Source: an uncultured Alphaproteobacteria bacterium (GTDB lineage Bacteria; Pseudomonadota; Alphaproteobacteria; HIMB59; GCA-002718135). Taken from it: 64,000 nt of DNA. Shown in pieces: positions 30,834 through 40,394 of the stretch; positions within the stretch are counted from its first letter, which is position 1; each line of letters starts with the position of its first letter. The notes beneath the pieces are model-generated. The model was not told where the DNA came from and searched no databases. It saw only the letters and a list, made by a program, of their open reading frames with translations. The stretch covers positions 811,127 to 875,126 of the forward strand of contig CACMJS010000001.1 of NCBI GenBank assembly GCA_902614085.1, in the 5' to 3' direction. A program made the position numbers and the translations under genes.

Positions 30834-31460
30834 TTAATTATATTTTCTTATAATACCAGATAAAGTCCCTTGGACTTGGATTTCACCTGCTTCATATTCC
30901 TTTGTCTGAAAACTTTGATTAGCAGGTATTAATAATACCTTGTTTCTGTCAAATTTAATAGTTTTTAGAGTAACTTCATTATCTTGTGTTATAACAGCTG
31001 CAATCTTTCCATTTTCAACATTATTTGTCTTTTTTATCACAGCAATATCACCGTCAAATATTCCTTTATCAATCATAGATAGACCTTTTACTTTTAATCC
31101 AAAATATTTAGCATTTGGTGATGTCATCGAAGAGGGTACAGAAACAAATTCATCAGCATTTTCAATTGCTTCTATTGCTTCTCCTGCAGCTATTGCACCA
31201 ATTAATGGGATATTAATGCTATTTGACAAAGAGTTTTCATCAGCAATATTATCTTTATTAATAATTTCCATTGCTCTTGCTTTGTGCTTTAATCTTTTAA
31301 TAAAACCTCTTTCTTCTAGACTAGTAATTAATCTATGAATACCTGACTTTGATTTTAGATTAACTGCACTTTTCATTTCCTCAAAAGATGGGGAGATTTC
31401 ATTACTTGAAATATAATTTTTTAAATAATCATATAGCTCTTTTTGTTTTTTTGTAAGCAT
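30834..31460 (-). CDS. lexA: LexA repressor
   Basis: N-terminal winged HTH, an AAG self-cleavage site (IGAIAAGEA), catalytic Ser (GLSM) and Lys (VTLK). SOS box immediately upstream. Confidence 0.9.
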   Translation of the reverse strand: MLTKKQKELYDYLKNYISSNEISPSFEEMKSAVNLKSKSGIHRLITSLEERGFIKRLKHKARAMEIINKDNIADENSLSNSINIPLIGAIAAGEAIEAIENADEFVSVPSSMTSPNAKYFGLKVKGLSMIDKGIFDGDIAVIKKTNNVENGKIAAVITQDNEVTLKTIKFDRNKVLLIPANQSFQTKEYEAGEIQVQGTLSGIIRKYN

Positions 31461-31465
31461 TAGCT

Positions 31466-31480
31466 GTTCTATATATGTTC
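31466..31480 (-). promoter_or_regulatory. alphaproteobacterial-type LexA (SOS) box, GTTC-N7-GTTC
   Basis: The plus strand reads GTTCtatatatGTTC, which is GAAC-N7-GAAC on the lexA strand. It ends 5 nt upstream of the lexA ATG. An inverted AAGAAC follows at 31495-31500. Confidence 0.75.
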
Positions 31481-31529
31481 TTTAAGATCAAAACAAGAAC
31501 AAATATAAATATCTATATTTTTCAGTTAT

Positions 31530-31985
31530 TTAAATATTAGATTTACCACCTGTTTTCGAAACAAGGTGTATATTTTTAATTATAATTTTTTTATTTAAAT
31601 ACTTACACATGTCATAAATTGTCAGACAGCTAATTGTAACTGCAGTTAATGCCTCCATTTCCACACCAGTATTTGCATTAGTTTTAACTGTACTTTTGAC
31701 AATAAAAGTAAATTTTTTATCATTTTTTATAACCTCTATATTTATGTGATTGATTGGAATATTATGACAAAGCGGTATCAATCTAGAAGTTTCTTTTGCC
31801 CCCATAATACCACCAATTATTGCAGTTTTTTCTAGGTTCCCTTTTTTTGTCTCAAATGATTTTATTTTTTTATATGTTTCTTTATCAAATTTAATTTCAC
31901 CAGATGCAACTGCTACTCTTTCTGAAACATCTTTATTTGATATGTCAATTATATAAGGATTTCCTTTTTTATTAATATGACTCAT
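31530..31985 (-). CDS. moaC: cyclic pyranopterin monophosphate synthase MoaC
   Basis: 151 aa with the RLIPLCHNIPI motif. Overlaps trpC by 14 nt. Confidence 0.9.
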   Translation of the reverse strand: MSHINKKGNPYIIDISNKDVSERVAVASGEIKFDKETYKKIKSFETKKGNLEKTAIIGGIMGAKETSRLIPLCHNIPINHINIEVIKNDKKFTFIVKSTVKTNANTGVEMEALTAVTISCLTIYDMCKYLNKKIIIKNIHLVSKTGGKSNI

Positions 31986-32772
31986 TTAAAAGCAATTCTC
32001 CAATTTTCTTTTCTTTATCTTTAGATTTTAACAAACTTTCTCCAATTAAAAAATTATATATCCCTGTTGAATTAAATTTTTTTATATCATCAGAATTTTT
32101 AATGCCACTCTCTGCAATTAAAATATAATCATTAGTTAAATTTTTATTCAAATTTATTGAGTTATTTAAATTGATTTCAAGACTTTTAAGGTTTCTATTA
32201 TTAATTCCAATCACAGGGTAGTCTAATTTGATTGCTCTTTTCAGTTCGTCTTCATCATGAACCTCTATAATACAATCTAATTTTAATTCATTTGCATAAT
32301 TTATAAATTCTATTGCTTGATCGTCTGATAGTATTGATAAAATTAATAATATACAATCAGCTTGATAAATCTTACTTTCTAAAATTTGATATTTATCAAT
32401 AATAAAATCTTTTCTTAAAATAGGTAAATTTGTTTTCTTTTTTACTAGAGATAAATGATCAATATTGCCTAAAAAATATTTACTTTCTGTTAAAATCGAT
32501 AACGCTCCAACACCTGATCTTTCATATAAAATAGCAATGTCTTCTGGTTTGTAATCTGAAATTATTTCACCTGCACTTGGACTTTGTTTTTTTACTTCGC
32601 CAATTATAAAGTTTGTTTTATTTTTTTGAGCTGAAATTAATTCATCTTTAAATTCACGTTTCTCTAATTTTGAGGAAATTAATTTTTCTAATGTTTTAAA
32701 AGAACATCTTTTTTTTGTTTCTTCTAATTCTTTAGATTTATCTTCACAAATTTTTTGAAGTATATTACTCAT
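31972..32772 (-). CDS. trpC: indole-3-glycerol-phosphate synthase
   Basis: IGEVKKQSPSAG motif and TIM-barrel size (266 aa). Lies within the trp gene string. Confidence 0.9.
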   Translation of the reverse strand: MSNILQKICEDKSKELEETKKRCSFKTLEKLISSKLEKREFKDELISAQKNKTNFIIGEVKKQSPSAGEIISDYKPEDIAILYERSGVGALSILTESKYFLGNIDHLSLVKKKTNLPILRKDFIIDKYQILESKIYQADCILLILSILSDDQAIEFINYANELKLDCIIEVHDEDELKRAIKLDYPVIGINNRNLKSLEINLNNSINLNKNLTNDYILIAESGIKNSDDIKKFNSTGIYNFLIGESLLKSKDKEKKIGELLLNESY

Positions 32773-33766
32773 TAATTAGTGAGTTTACAAAATTTTTTGT
32801 AACTCCTTCCTCAATTGTTTTTTTTGCTAATTCAAAACTATCTTTTAGATTATTTCTTAAATTGGATAAATATATTGCTGCTCCTGCATTTATTTCTACA
32901 ATCATTTGAAATTCTTTATAATCGCCGTTAATCATTTTATTAAAGCAATTTGCATTATATTCTGGATCTCCACCTTTTATATCTTCTAATTTAATTAAAT
33001 CATAACCATGGTCTCTTGGATCAAAACTATATTCCAGAACTTTATTATCTTTCAATTCATTTATTAGAGTATTTTCTGATAAACTTATTTCATCTAAACC
33101 ATCCAATCCGTGAACAACCATAGCTTTTTCAGAGCCTAATTCTTTCAAGCAATTACAATGCATAGAAACTAAATCTCTTGAATAGACACCTAGAAGCTGT
33201 TTACTTGCTTTAGCAGGATTTGTAAGAGGACCTAATAAATTAAAAATTGTACGTGTCGCTAAATTCTTACGAACGTTAATTACGTTCTTCATGGCAGAAT
33301 GATGATTTTGAGCAAATAAAAAGCAAAAATTTTTATTTGATAATGAGTTTTCTAAATCTTCTACATTATTTGTAATCTTATAACCTATTTTTTCTAGCAT
33401 ATCTGCAGAGCCTGATTTTGAACTAACCGAACGATTACCATGCTTTGCTATAGTAACGCCAGCACTTGCAGCAACTATTGCTGCACTTGTTGATATATTT
33501 AATGTGTCTTTCATATCTCCACCGGTGCCACAAGTATCAATTGTATTTTGAGGAGAGTTTATTTTTAGAGATTTCTCTCTCATGACTTTAGCTGCACCGA
33601 TAATCTCTTCTTTTGTTTCACCTTTTAACTTTAAACCAATTAGTATTGATGTAATTTTAATATCATCTAATTCTCCACTCATAATTTTATTAAATATATA
33701 CATACTCTCTTCAATATTCAGATTTTGTTGTTCGAGAATTTTATTTAATATTAAAGTTTGATCCAT
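32765..33766 (-). CDS. trpD: anthranilate phosphoribosyltransferase
   Basis: CGTGGDM and KHGNRSVSSKSGSAD motifs; 333 aa. Confidence 0.95.
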   Translation of the reverse strand: MDQTLILNKILEQQNLNIEESMYIFNKIMSGELDDIKITSILIGLKLKGETKEEIIGAAKVMREKSLKINSPQNTIDTCGTGGDMKDTLNISTSAAIVAASAGVTIAKHGNRSVSSKSGSADMLEKIGYKITNNVEDLENSLSNKNFCFLFAQNHHSAMKNVINVRKNLATRTIFNLLGPLTNPAKASKQLLGVYSRDLVSMHCNCLKELGSEKAMVVHGLDGLDEISLSENTLINELKDNKVLEYSFDPRDHGYDLIKLEDIKGGDPEYNANCFNKMINGDYKEFQMIVEINAGAAIYLSNLRNNLKDSFELAKKTIEEGVTKNFVNSLINE

Positions 33767-34335
33767 TATTTTGCTAAGTTTAAAAAGTTTTTTAAAATAA
33801 TTTTACCCATATCAGTACCTATACTTTCTGGATGAAATTGTAGTCCAAATATTGGTAATTTTTTATGTGCAATACCCATTATAACCTTATTATTTGTTTC
33901 AGCAGTAATTAAAAAATCTTTAGGCATAGTTCTTTTATCAATTATAAGAGAGTGATATCTAGTTGCTTTAAATTTTCTTTCTACATTTTTAAATATAGAG
34001 TGTCCAAAGTGATTAATTGTATCAACTTTTCCGTGCATGATTTCTTTACATTTAATGATTTTACCTCCAAAAGCTTGACCAATAGTTTGATGCCCTAAAC
34101 AAATACCAAGTATAGGAAACTGTTTTGATAATTCTGAAACGATATTAAGACTTATTCCAGCTTCATTTGGTGTGCATGGACCCGGCGAAATAACTATTGA
34201 TTTAGGTTTTAATTTACGAATTTTATTTATAGAAATTTTATCATTTCTAAAAACAACAACCTTCTGATTTAAATCCAATAAATAGTGTTTTACATTGTAA
34301 GTAAAACTATCATAATTATCTATCAGTAATATCAT
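33766..34335 (-). CDS. trpG: anthranilate synthase component II (glutamine amidotransferase)
   Basis: Class I GATase triad context GICLGHQ and QFHPES; 189 aa. Lies between trpE and trpD. Confidence 0.9.
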   Translation of the reverse strand: MILLIDNYDSFTYNVKHYLLDLNQKVVVFRNDKISINKIRKLKPKSIVISPGPCTPNEAGISLNIVSELSKQFPILGICLGHQTIGQAFGGKIIKCKEIMHGKVDTINHFGHSIFKNVERKFKATRYHSLIIDKRTMPKDFLITAETNNKVIMGIAHKKLPIFGLQFHPESIGTDMGKIILKNFLNLAK

Positions 34336-35810
34336 ATATCAAATTTGTATGAATCCTCAGCTGCTGCCATTAAAGCACCTGCTTTATTCAAAATTTCTTG
34401 ATGTTCATTTTTTGGAACAGAATCATAAACTATCCCAGCACCAGCTTGGATATATAATTTATTATCTTTTACAAGCCCAGTCCTCAAACTAATACAAGTA
34501 TCCATGTCTCCATTAGAATCAAAATAACCCATACAACCAGCATAAAAACTTCTATTTAAATTTTCAAGTTCCTCTATGATTTCCATCGCTCGTATTTTTG
34601 GTGCACCAGAAACTGTACCTGCTGGAAATCCAGCCATTAAGGCATCTAGAGCATCTAAATTATTATCTATTTTTCCCTCAACGTTTGAAACAATATGCAT
34701 TACATGAGAATAATACTCAATAATCATCTTTTCAGTAACATTCACTGTTCCTTTTTTAGCAACGCGACCAACATCGTTCCTTCCTAAATCTAAAAGCATT
34801 AAGTGTTCTGCGAGTTCTTTTTTATCATTCAGTAAGTCATTAGATAAATAAAGGTCTTCAGAGGCATTCTTTCCTCTTTTTCTTGTTCCAGCAATTGGTC
34901 TTATCGTAACCTTTTTGTTTCTTAATTGAACCATTAATTCTGGACTAGATGCAACAAGGCCAATTTTATCGAAGTTAAGATTTACAAGATAAGGAGATGG
35001 ATTTAGCCGTCTTAACGATCTATAAAGATTGACTGCCTTTAAATTATATTTTGTTTCAAATCTCTGTGAAGGCACAACTTGGAAGATATCTCCATTTTTA
35101 ATATATTCTTTTGCTTTATTTACAATTTTATAAAATTGTTCTTTCTTGAAATTTGATTTAAATTTTAATTTAGATTTTTTATTTTTCTTTTGCGCAGGTT
35201 TTAAAATACTTTTTTCTAACTTCTTAATTGTTTTATCAATAAGTAATTTATTTTTTCTATAGGCTTTTTCTGCTGAGATTTTTTTACTTGGATACGTAAC
35301 TGTCATAAGGGAAATAATATCTTTAATATTATCAAAAACTGCGACAATTTTTGGTCTGATTAAAATTGCATCAGGTATTTTTATATTGTCCTTATTACTT
35401 AGTTTAATTTTTTCAATATATTGAATCATTGGATATCCTAGATATCCAACTAGTGTTGGGAAAGGAACATCAATTTCATTATTTTTAAATTTTGAAATTT
35501 TTACAAGTTCTTTAAGACTATGAATTGGCTTTTGATCTAGTTTATAATCAAAATTATGATCCAAATATTTTATTTTTGCCTTACCTTTCTCAACTGTCCA
35601 AATTAAATCTGGATCACAACCAAGTAATGAGTAACGTCCTCTTTTACTTCCGCCTTCTACTGACTCTAAAAGAAAGGAATATTTTTCTGATTTACTAATT
35701 TTTAATAATGATGAAAATGGTGTTTCAATATCAGCAATAAGATTTTTTTTTAATATCTGTGGCAAGCCTTTGTTGTATTGGCTAATAAAATTTTTTTTTT
35801 CTAGACTCAT
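34332..35810 (-). CDS. trpE: anthranilate synthase component I
   Basis: LNPSPY and GAGIVYDSVP chorismate-binding motifs; 492 aa. ATGA overlap with ppiD. Confidence 0.95.
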   Translation of the reverse strand: MSLEKKNFISQYNKGLPQILKKNLIADIETPFSSLLKISKSEKYSFLLESVEGGSKRGRYSLLGCDPDLIWTVEKGKAKIKYLDHNFDYKLDQKPIHSLKELVKISKFKNNEIDVPFPTLVGYLGYPMIQYIEKIKLSNKDNIKIPDAILIRPKIVAVFDNIKDIISLMTVTYPSKKISAEKAYRKNKLLIDKTIKKLEKSILKPAQKKNKKSKLKFKSNFKKEQFYKIVNKAKEYIKNGDIFQVVPSQRFETKYNLKAVNLYRSLRRLNPSPYLVNLNFDKIGLVASSPELMVQLRNKKVTIRPIAGTRKRGKNASEDLYLSNDLLNDKKELAEHLMLLDLGRNDVGRVAKKGTVNVTEKMIIEYYSHVMHIVSNVEGKIDNNLDALDALMAGFPAGTVSGAPKIRAMEIIEELENLNRSFYAGCMGYFDSNGDMDTCISLRTGLVKDNKLYIQAGAGIVYDSVPKNEHQEILNKAGALMAAAEDSYKFDI

Positions 35811-37627
35811 TTATACTGAGATAAAAGACCATTTATCAGTTCATCATTGAACGAAATTTCTTTTGTCTTAATAATCTCACTACCAAATGCTGTTTTCAAC
35901 TCGCTTAATAAATTAAGGTTTGAAGTATTTTCACCTTCTTCAGGCATCTTTATACTTTTAATATTTGCAAAATAAATAGCATTTTCGTCTGATCCAAAAG
36001 TCACTTTATCAATATCAGTTTCAAAAATTTTTTGTTTAAATGATATTGGCAATTCATCATTTACATTTAATTTTAAGGATAATTTTTCTGAACCAACTGA
36101 ATATAAATTACTTATATTTGTAAAAGTCTCCTTATTGTTTTCAAAAATACCTTCTGCTTGTTCAGTTTTTTTACTAAAAATAAAATCTTCTAAAAGACTG
36201 TCAAAGATATTATCAATATTATCTATTTTTGAAGGATATATTTCTTCGATATTAACAATGAAAGAAGCATTATTATCAAAATCTACTAAATCACTTACAA
36301 AATCTTTATTTTGAGAAAAAGAAAATGAAATTACATTACTTAAAATTGGATCATCTTCATTATTATTGTTAATAATTTTTTTCTTATTGATTAATTTGAG
36401 ATTATTTTGATTTGCTATTTCAGTTATTGAAAATCCATCAAGTATTTGTTGATCAAGACTTAATTTTAATTCATTGAAGTAATTATCTAATTCAAAATTG
36501 GTTAATGTATTATTGATTTCATTCTTCACTTCATCAAATTTCAATTCTTTTTCTGGGATAATTTCATCCAAAATAATTATATGATATGCTAAAGCCGTTT
36601 GAACTACATCTGATATTTTTCCTTTGGATAGTTCAAATATAACATTTGCAAGTTGTTCTAAAACTTTATTTCTATCTACATTTTTGAATTCATTAAATAT
36701 TATATTATTTTCTTCCGCATATTTTATAACTTCTTCATTAATCATTCCGGAAACACTTAATTTAAAATTATCTGCTTCTTCTTTTGATTTAAAATTAAAT
36801 TGTTTAAAGCTTCTCTCTTCTGGATTAATAAATAATTTTTTATTATTGTTATAATATTCCTTAATACTACTTTCTGAAGGTGAAAAATTATCTCTAAAAT
36901 CATTTTTATTTATTAATATATATGAAATATCTCTCTCTTCTTTTGTCATATATGCAGAAGAGTTATTATTAAAATAATCTAAAAGTTCTTTATTATCTTT
37001 TGTAATTTGGTCTTTACTGTAGTTTTCAAGTTTAATATTGCTATAAGGTATTTTAAGCAACTCTATTTCTCTAGTCTGGTTATTATGTTTATTAAAATTT
37101 ATTTGTAATTGTGATGGGTAATTTTTTTGAAAGAAAAGGTTATCAAATACATTAGCTCTAGTTTCATAATTTATTAAATCCACAAGATCTTCAATTTTTA
37201 ATCCTTGATTTCTTAAGAACGTATTTAATATATCGTCATCTAGTTTATTATTAACATAAAGATCTGGAAAGTTTCTTTTTGTTTCTTTAGCAATTGTAGT
37301 ATCATCTAAAATGAAATTTATTTTATCAAACTCATTTTCAAAAATTGCATTGTTTACTAAAAATTGAAGTGCAATTTGATGAACTTGAAAACTTCTAATC
37401 TGATCGCCTGTTAATTCACTTCCAGTCATTTGAGAAAATCGATTAATGTTCATATCCATTGATCTAAGAAATTTTGTTGTAGAAATAGGTGTGCCTGAAA
37501 TATTCGCTACAAAATTATCAGAATTGAATAAATTAGAATATCTTTGTGAGCCACGAAAAAAGAATAGGCTTGCTGCAAAAAGTATGGCTAGTCCAATGCC
37601 AATCCAAGAATTTCTAATAGCTCTCAT
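35807..37627 (-). CDS. ppiD: periplasmic chaperone PpiD-like (SurA N-terminal domain/parvulin family)
   Basis: 606 aa with an N-terminal membrane anchor (WIGIGLAILFAASLFFF) and a long low-complexity periplasmic body. Position upstream of trpE and divergent from tpiA, as in other alphaproteobacteria (from memory). Confidence 0.65.
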   Translation of the reverse strand: MRAIRNSWIGIGLAILFAASLFFFRGSQRYSNLFNSDNFVANISGTPISTTKFLRSMDMNINRFSQMTGSELTGDQIRSFQVHQIALQFLVNNAIFENEFDKINFILDDTTIAKETKRNFPDLYVNNKLDDDILNTFLRNQGLKIEDLVDLINYETRANVFDNLFFQKNYPSQLQINFNKHNNQTREIELLKIPYSNIKLENYSKDQITKDNKELLDYFNNNSSAYMTKEERDISYILINKNDFRDNFSPSESSIKEYYNNNKKLFINPEERSFKQFNFKSKEEADNFKLSVSGMINEEVIKYAEENNIIFNEFKNVDRNKVLEQLANVIFELSKGKISDVVQTALAYHIIILDEIIPEKELKFDEVKNEINNTLTNFELDNYFNELKLSLDQQILDGFSITEIANQNNLKLINKKKIINNNNEDDPILSNVISFSFSQNKDFVSDLVDFDNNASFIVNIEEIYPSKIDNIDNIFDSLLEDFIFSKKTEQAEGIFENNKETFTNISNLYSVGSEKLSLKLNVNDELPISFKQKIFETDIDKVTFGSDENAIYFANIKSIKMPEEGENTSNLNLLSELKTAFGSEIIKTKEISFNDELINGLLSQYK

Positions 37628-37637
37628 AAAATTTCTA

Positions 37638-37665
37638 TTGCTTCTATAATATTAGTTTCTATAAA
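37638..37665 (+). promoter_or_regulatory. candidate sigma70-type promoter for tpiA
   Basis: TTGCTT-N16-TATAAA in the 49-nt ppiD/tpiA divergent spacer. A perfect TATAAT also lies at 37645-37650. AT-rich context makes -10-like hexamers common. Confidence 0.25.
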
Positions 37666-37676
37666 TAAAAGTAATT

Positions 37677-38396
37677 ATGGTAAATCTTGATAAATATTCC
37701 TCAATTTTTATAGCAAATTGGAAATTAAATGGAAATTCCTCATTTTTAAAAGATTATTATGAAAAATTAAAAGTTAATTCTAATAATTGTACGATTATCT
37801 GCTCACCTTCAATTTACTTAAAATCACTAAATGGAAATAATGAAAACTTATTTTGTGGTGCACAAGATGTCTCTTCTTATAAAGAGGGTGCTTACACAGG
37901 AGAATTATCCGCCTCAATGCTGAGAGATAATAATATTGATTTTTGTTTGGTTGGACATTCTGAACGAAGACAATACTTTGCTGAAACAAATAATAATGTA
38001 AACATTAAAAGCTCAAACCTTATTGAGGAAAATATTATACCAGTGATATGCATAGGTGAAACCTTAGAGCAGAAAGAAAAAAACTTAACAGAAGAAATTT
38101 TATCTACACAAATTAAAGATAGTATTCCAAATTTAGCAAATCATCAAAATACATTAATTGCTTATGAGCCAGTTTGGGCAATAGGAACAGGATTAACACC
38201 AACTTTGGATGAGATAAATCAAGTACACGAACTCATTAAAAATTTTGATACTAGATTTAACAACTTTAAAGTTCTCTATGGGGGTTCTGTAAAATCAGCA
38301 AATTCTAAAGAAATTAATGATTTAAATCATGTTGATGGCTGTTTAATTGGCGGAGCTTCTCTAAAAGTTGATGAATTCAATATAATTATATCTTGA
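37677..38396 (+). CDS. tpiA: triose-phosphate isomerase
   Basis: IANWKLNG, VGHSERR and AYEPVWAIGTG motifs. Confidence 0.95.
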   Translation: MVNLDKYSSIFIANWKLNGNSSFLKDYYEKLKVNSNNCTIICSPSIYLKSLNGNNENLFCGAQDVSSYKEGAYTGELSASMLRDNNIDFCLVGHSERRQYFAETNNNVNIKSSNLIEENIIPVICIGETLEQKEKNLTEEILSTQIKDSIPNLANHQNTLIAYEPVWAIGTGLTPTLDEINQVHELIKNFDTRFNNFKVLYGGSVKSANSKEINDLNHVDGCLIGGASLKVDEFNIIIS

Positions 38397-38427
38397 TAAT
38401 TTAAATCTAATAAATATAAGCCAACAA

Positions 38428-38733
38428 ATGACTATTCTTGTTGTAATTCAACTTGTATTGGCAATAGCTCTTGTAATTTTAGTATTATTACAAGGATCCG
38501 ATAACGATAGCTTGGGACTTGGTGGCGGAACTTCAACTGGAATGATGTCAGCACGTGGTACTGCAAACCTACTTTCAAGGTTAACTGCAATAACTGCAGG
38601 TTTATTTATGGTAATGAGTATCGTTCTTACAATTACAGCCTCTATTGGTTCAGATCGCAATGTTTTAGAGTCACTTCCTTCAATTAATACTGAAGAAACT
38701 ACTTCAGAACCATCTATACCAGAAAATAATTAA
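38428..38733 (+). CDS. secG: preprotein translocase subunit SecG
   Basis: 101 aa with an N-terminal TM and a Gly-rich loop (LGLGGGTSTGMMSARG). Conserved tpiA-secG adjacency. Confidence 0.85.
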   Translation: MTILVVIQLVLAIALVILVLLQGSDNDSLGLGGGTSTGMMSARGTANLLSRLTAITAGLFMVMSIVLTITASIGSDRNVLESLPSINTEETTSEPSIPENN

Positions 38734-38780
38734 TTATATCTTGCTATAAATAGATCTATTATGTATCACGGTATTCCGTA

Positions 38781-40394
38781 ATGCATTTTGTTTTTATTAC
38801 GGGCGGTGTCGCTTCTTCTCTTGGAAAAGGTATAGCCTCAGCCTCTCTAGCAACTCTTCTAAAAAGTAGAAAATTTAAAGTAAGAATAAGAAAATTAGAT
38901 CCTTATTTAAATGTGGATCCAGGAACAATGAGTCCATATCAACATGGAGAAGTTTACGTTACTGATGATGGTGCAGAAACAGATTTAGATCTTGGTCATT
39001 ACGAAAGATTCACAAATCAGTCTGCTAAACAATCAGATAGTGTGTCTTCAGGTAAGATTTATTCCAATGTTCTTCTAAAAGAAAGGAAAGGTGATTACCT
39101 TGGTTCAACAATTCAGGTCATTCCTCATGTTACTAATGAAATAAAATCATTTATTAATAGTGATTTAAAAAATGAAGATATCGTTATTTATGAAATTGGA
39201 GGAACAGTTGGAGATATTGAATCTCTACCTTTTTTAGAGGCAATACGACAAATTAGAAATGATAAAAATATATCATCAGCATTAATTCATATGACTTATA
39301 TTCCATATTTAAGTTCAGCAGGTGAGTTAAAAACAAAACCTACTCAACATTCAGTTAAAGAACTTCTAAATGCCGGTATTCAACCAGATATTATTATGTG
39401 TAGATCTGAACAACCAATAGATAATGATTCAATTTCTAAAATATCTTTATTTTGTAATGTAAAAAAAGAGTCCGTTATTCCTGCATTAAACGCTAAATCA
39501 ATTTATGAAGTTCCTTCATTATATTCTAAATATGGTTTGGATGAAGCTCTCCTTAAACAATTGGGCTACAAACCAAAAAATCACAAACTAAATTTAAAGC
39601 CTTGGATAGATCTTCAAAAAAAAATTAAAAAAAGAAAACATAAAGTAAAAATTGCAGTAGTAGGAAAATATACAAATCTTAAAGATAGTTATAAATCACT
39701 TAATGAAGCATTGGTTCACGGCGGTATAGAAAACTCTGCTGATGTAGATATTCAATGGATTAATTCTGAAAAAGAAAACAACATTAGTTTAATGAAAAAA
39801 TTAAAAGGTTGTGATGGAATTCTAATTCCAGGTGGTTTTGGTATTCGCGGCATTAATGGAAAAATTAATGCCATCAAATATGCTAGAGAAAACAATATTC
39901 CTTTTTTTGGAATATGTCTTGGCATGCAGTTAGCTGTTATTGAAATAGCACAAAATGTACTAAAAATTAAAAACGCTCATTCTTCAGAATTTAAGAAAAC
40001 TTCTAAATCAGTAGTTGGATTAATGACAGAATGGATAAATAAAAATAAGATAGAAAAAAGAGATAAAAATAGTGACAAGGGTGGAACAATGCGTCTTGGA
40101 GCATACAAAGCTGTTTTGAAAAAAAATTCAAAAATATTTTCGATATATAAAAATAAAGTAATTAGTGAGAGACATAGACATAGATACGAGGTAAACCAGA
40201 AATTTCTATCAAAATTTGAAAACAAAGGTTATTATTTCAGTGGTATGTCACCAGATGGATTATTACCTGAAGTGCTTGAGAGTAAAAAACATAAATGGTT
40301 TATAGGAGTCCAATTTCATCCAGAGTTAAAATCAAGACCATTAGATCCTCATCCTGTTTTCGTATCATTTATAAAGGCAGCAATTAATGATTAA
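38781..40394 (+). CDS. pyrG: CTP synthase
   Basis: FVFITGGVASSLGKGI N-terminus and GATase GICLGMQ; 537 aa. Confidence 0.97.
   Translation: MHFVFITGGVASSLGKGIASASLATLLKSRKFKVRIRKLDPYLNVDPGTMSPYQHGEVYVTDDGAETDLDLGHYERFTNQSAKQSDSVSSGKIYSNVLLKERKGDYLGSTIQVIPHVTNEIKSFINSDLKNEDIVIYEIGGTVGDIESLPFLEAIRQIRNDKNISSALIHMTYIPYLSSAGELKTKPTQHSVKELLNAGIQPDIIMCRSEQPIDNDSISKISLFCNVKKESVIPALNAKSIYEVPSLYSKYGLDEALLKQLGYKPKNHKLNLKPWIDLQKKIKKRKHKVKIAVVGKYTNLKDSYKSLNEALVHGGIENSADVDIQWINSEKENNISLMKKLKGCDGILIPGGFGIRGINGKINAIKYARENNIPFFGICLGMQLAVIEIAQNVLKIKNAHSSEFKKTSKSVVGLMTEWINKNKIEKRDKNSDKGGTMRLGAYKAVLKKNSKIFSIYKNKVISERHRHRYEVNQKFLSKFENKGYYFSGMSPDGLLPEVLESKKHKWFIGVQFHPELKSRPLDPHPVFVSFIKAAIND

Noticed and set aside
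30940-31338. A 132-aa plus-strand ORF antisense to lexA. Similar nested ORFs occur at 616-837, 25824-26132, 26272-26565, 48553-48873 and 63596-63940, and same-strand out-of-frame ORFs at 2056-2244, 3493-3711 and 58304-58504.
   Set aside because: All are nested in genes with strong family motifs. None has its own spacer, SD or recognisable domain. I treat them as frame shadows.
35791-35800. A T10 run (A10 on the coding strand) in codons 4-7 of trpE, considered as a phase-variation or slippage tract.
   Set aside because: It encodes EKKN in a Lys-rich, AT-rich genome. Similar A/T runs occur elsewhere, for example in dnaE and in the topA C-terminal KKKKK. There is no evidence of length polymorphism from a single sequence, so it is only noted under the trp finding.
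38749-38760. A perfect 12-bp palindrome, AATAGATCTATT, in the secG-pyrG spacer, considered as a possible operator.
   Set aside because: At this AT content a 12-bp palindrome is expected dozens of times per 64 kb and roughly once per kb-scale set of spacers. I see no second copy or flanking structure.
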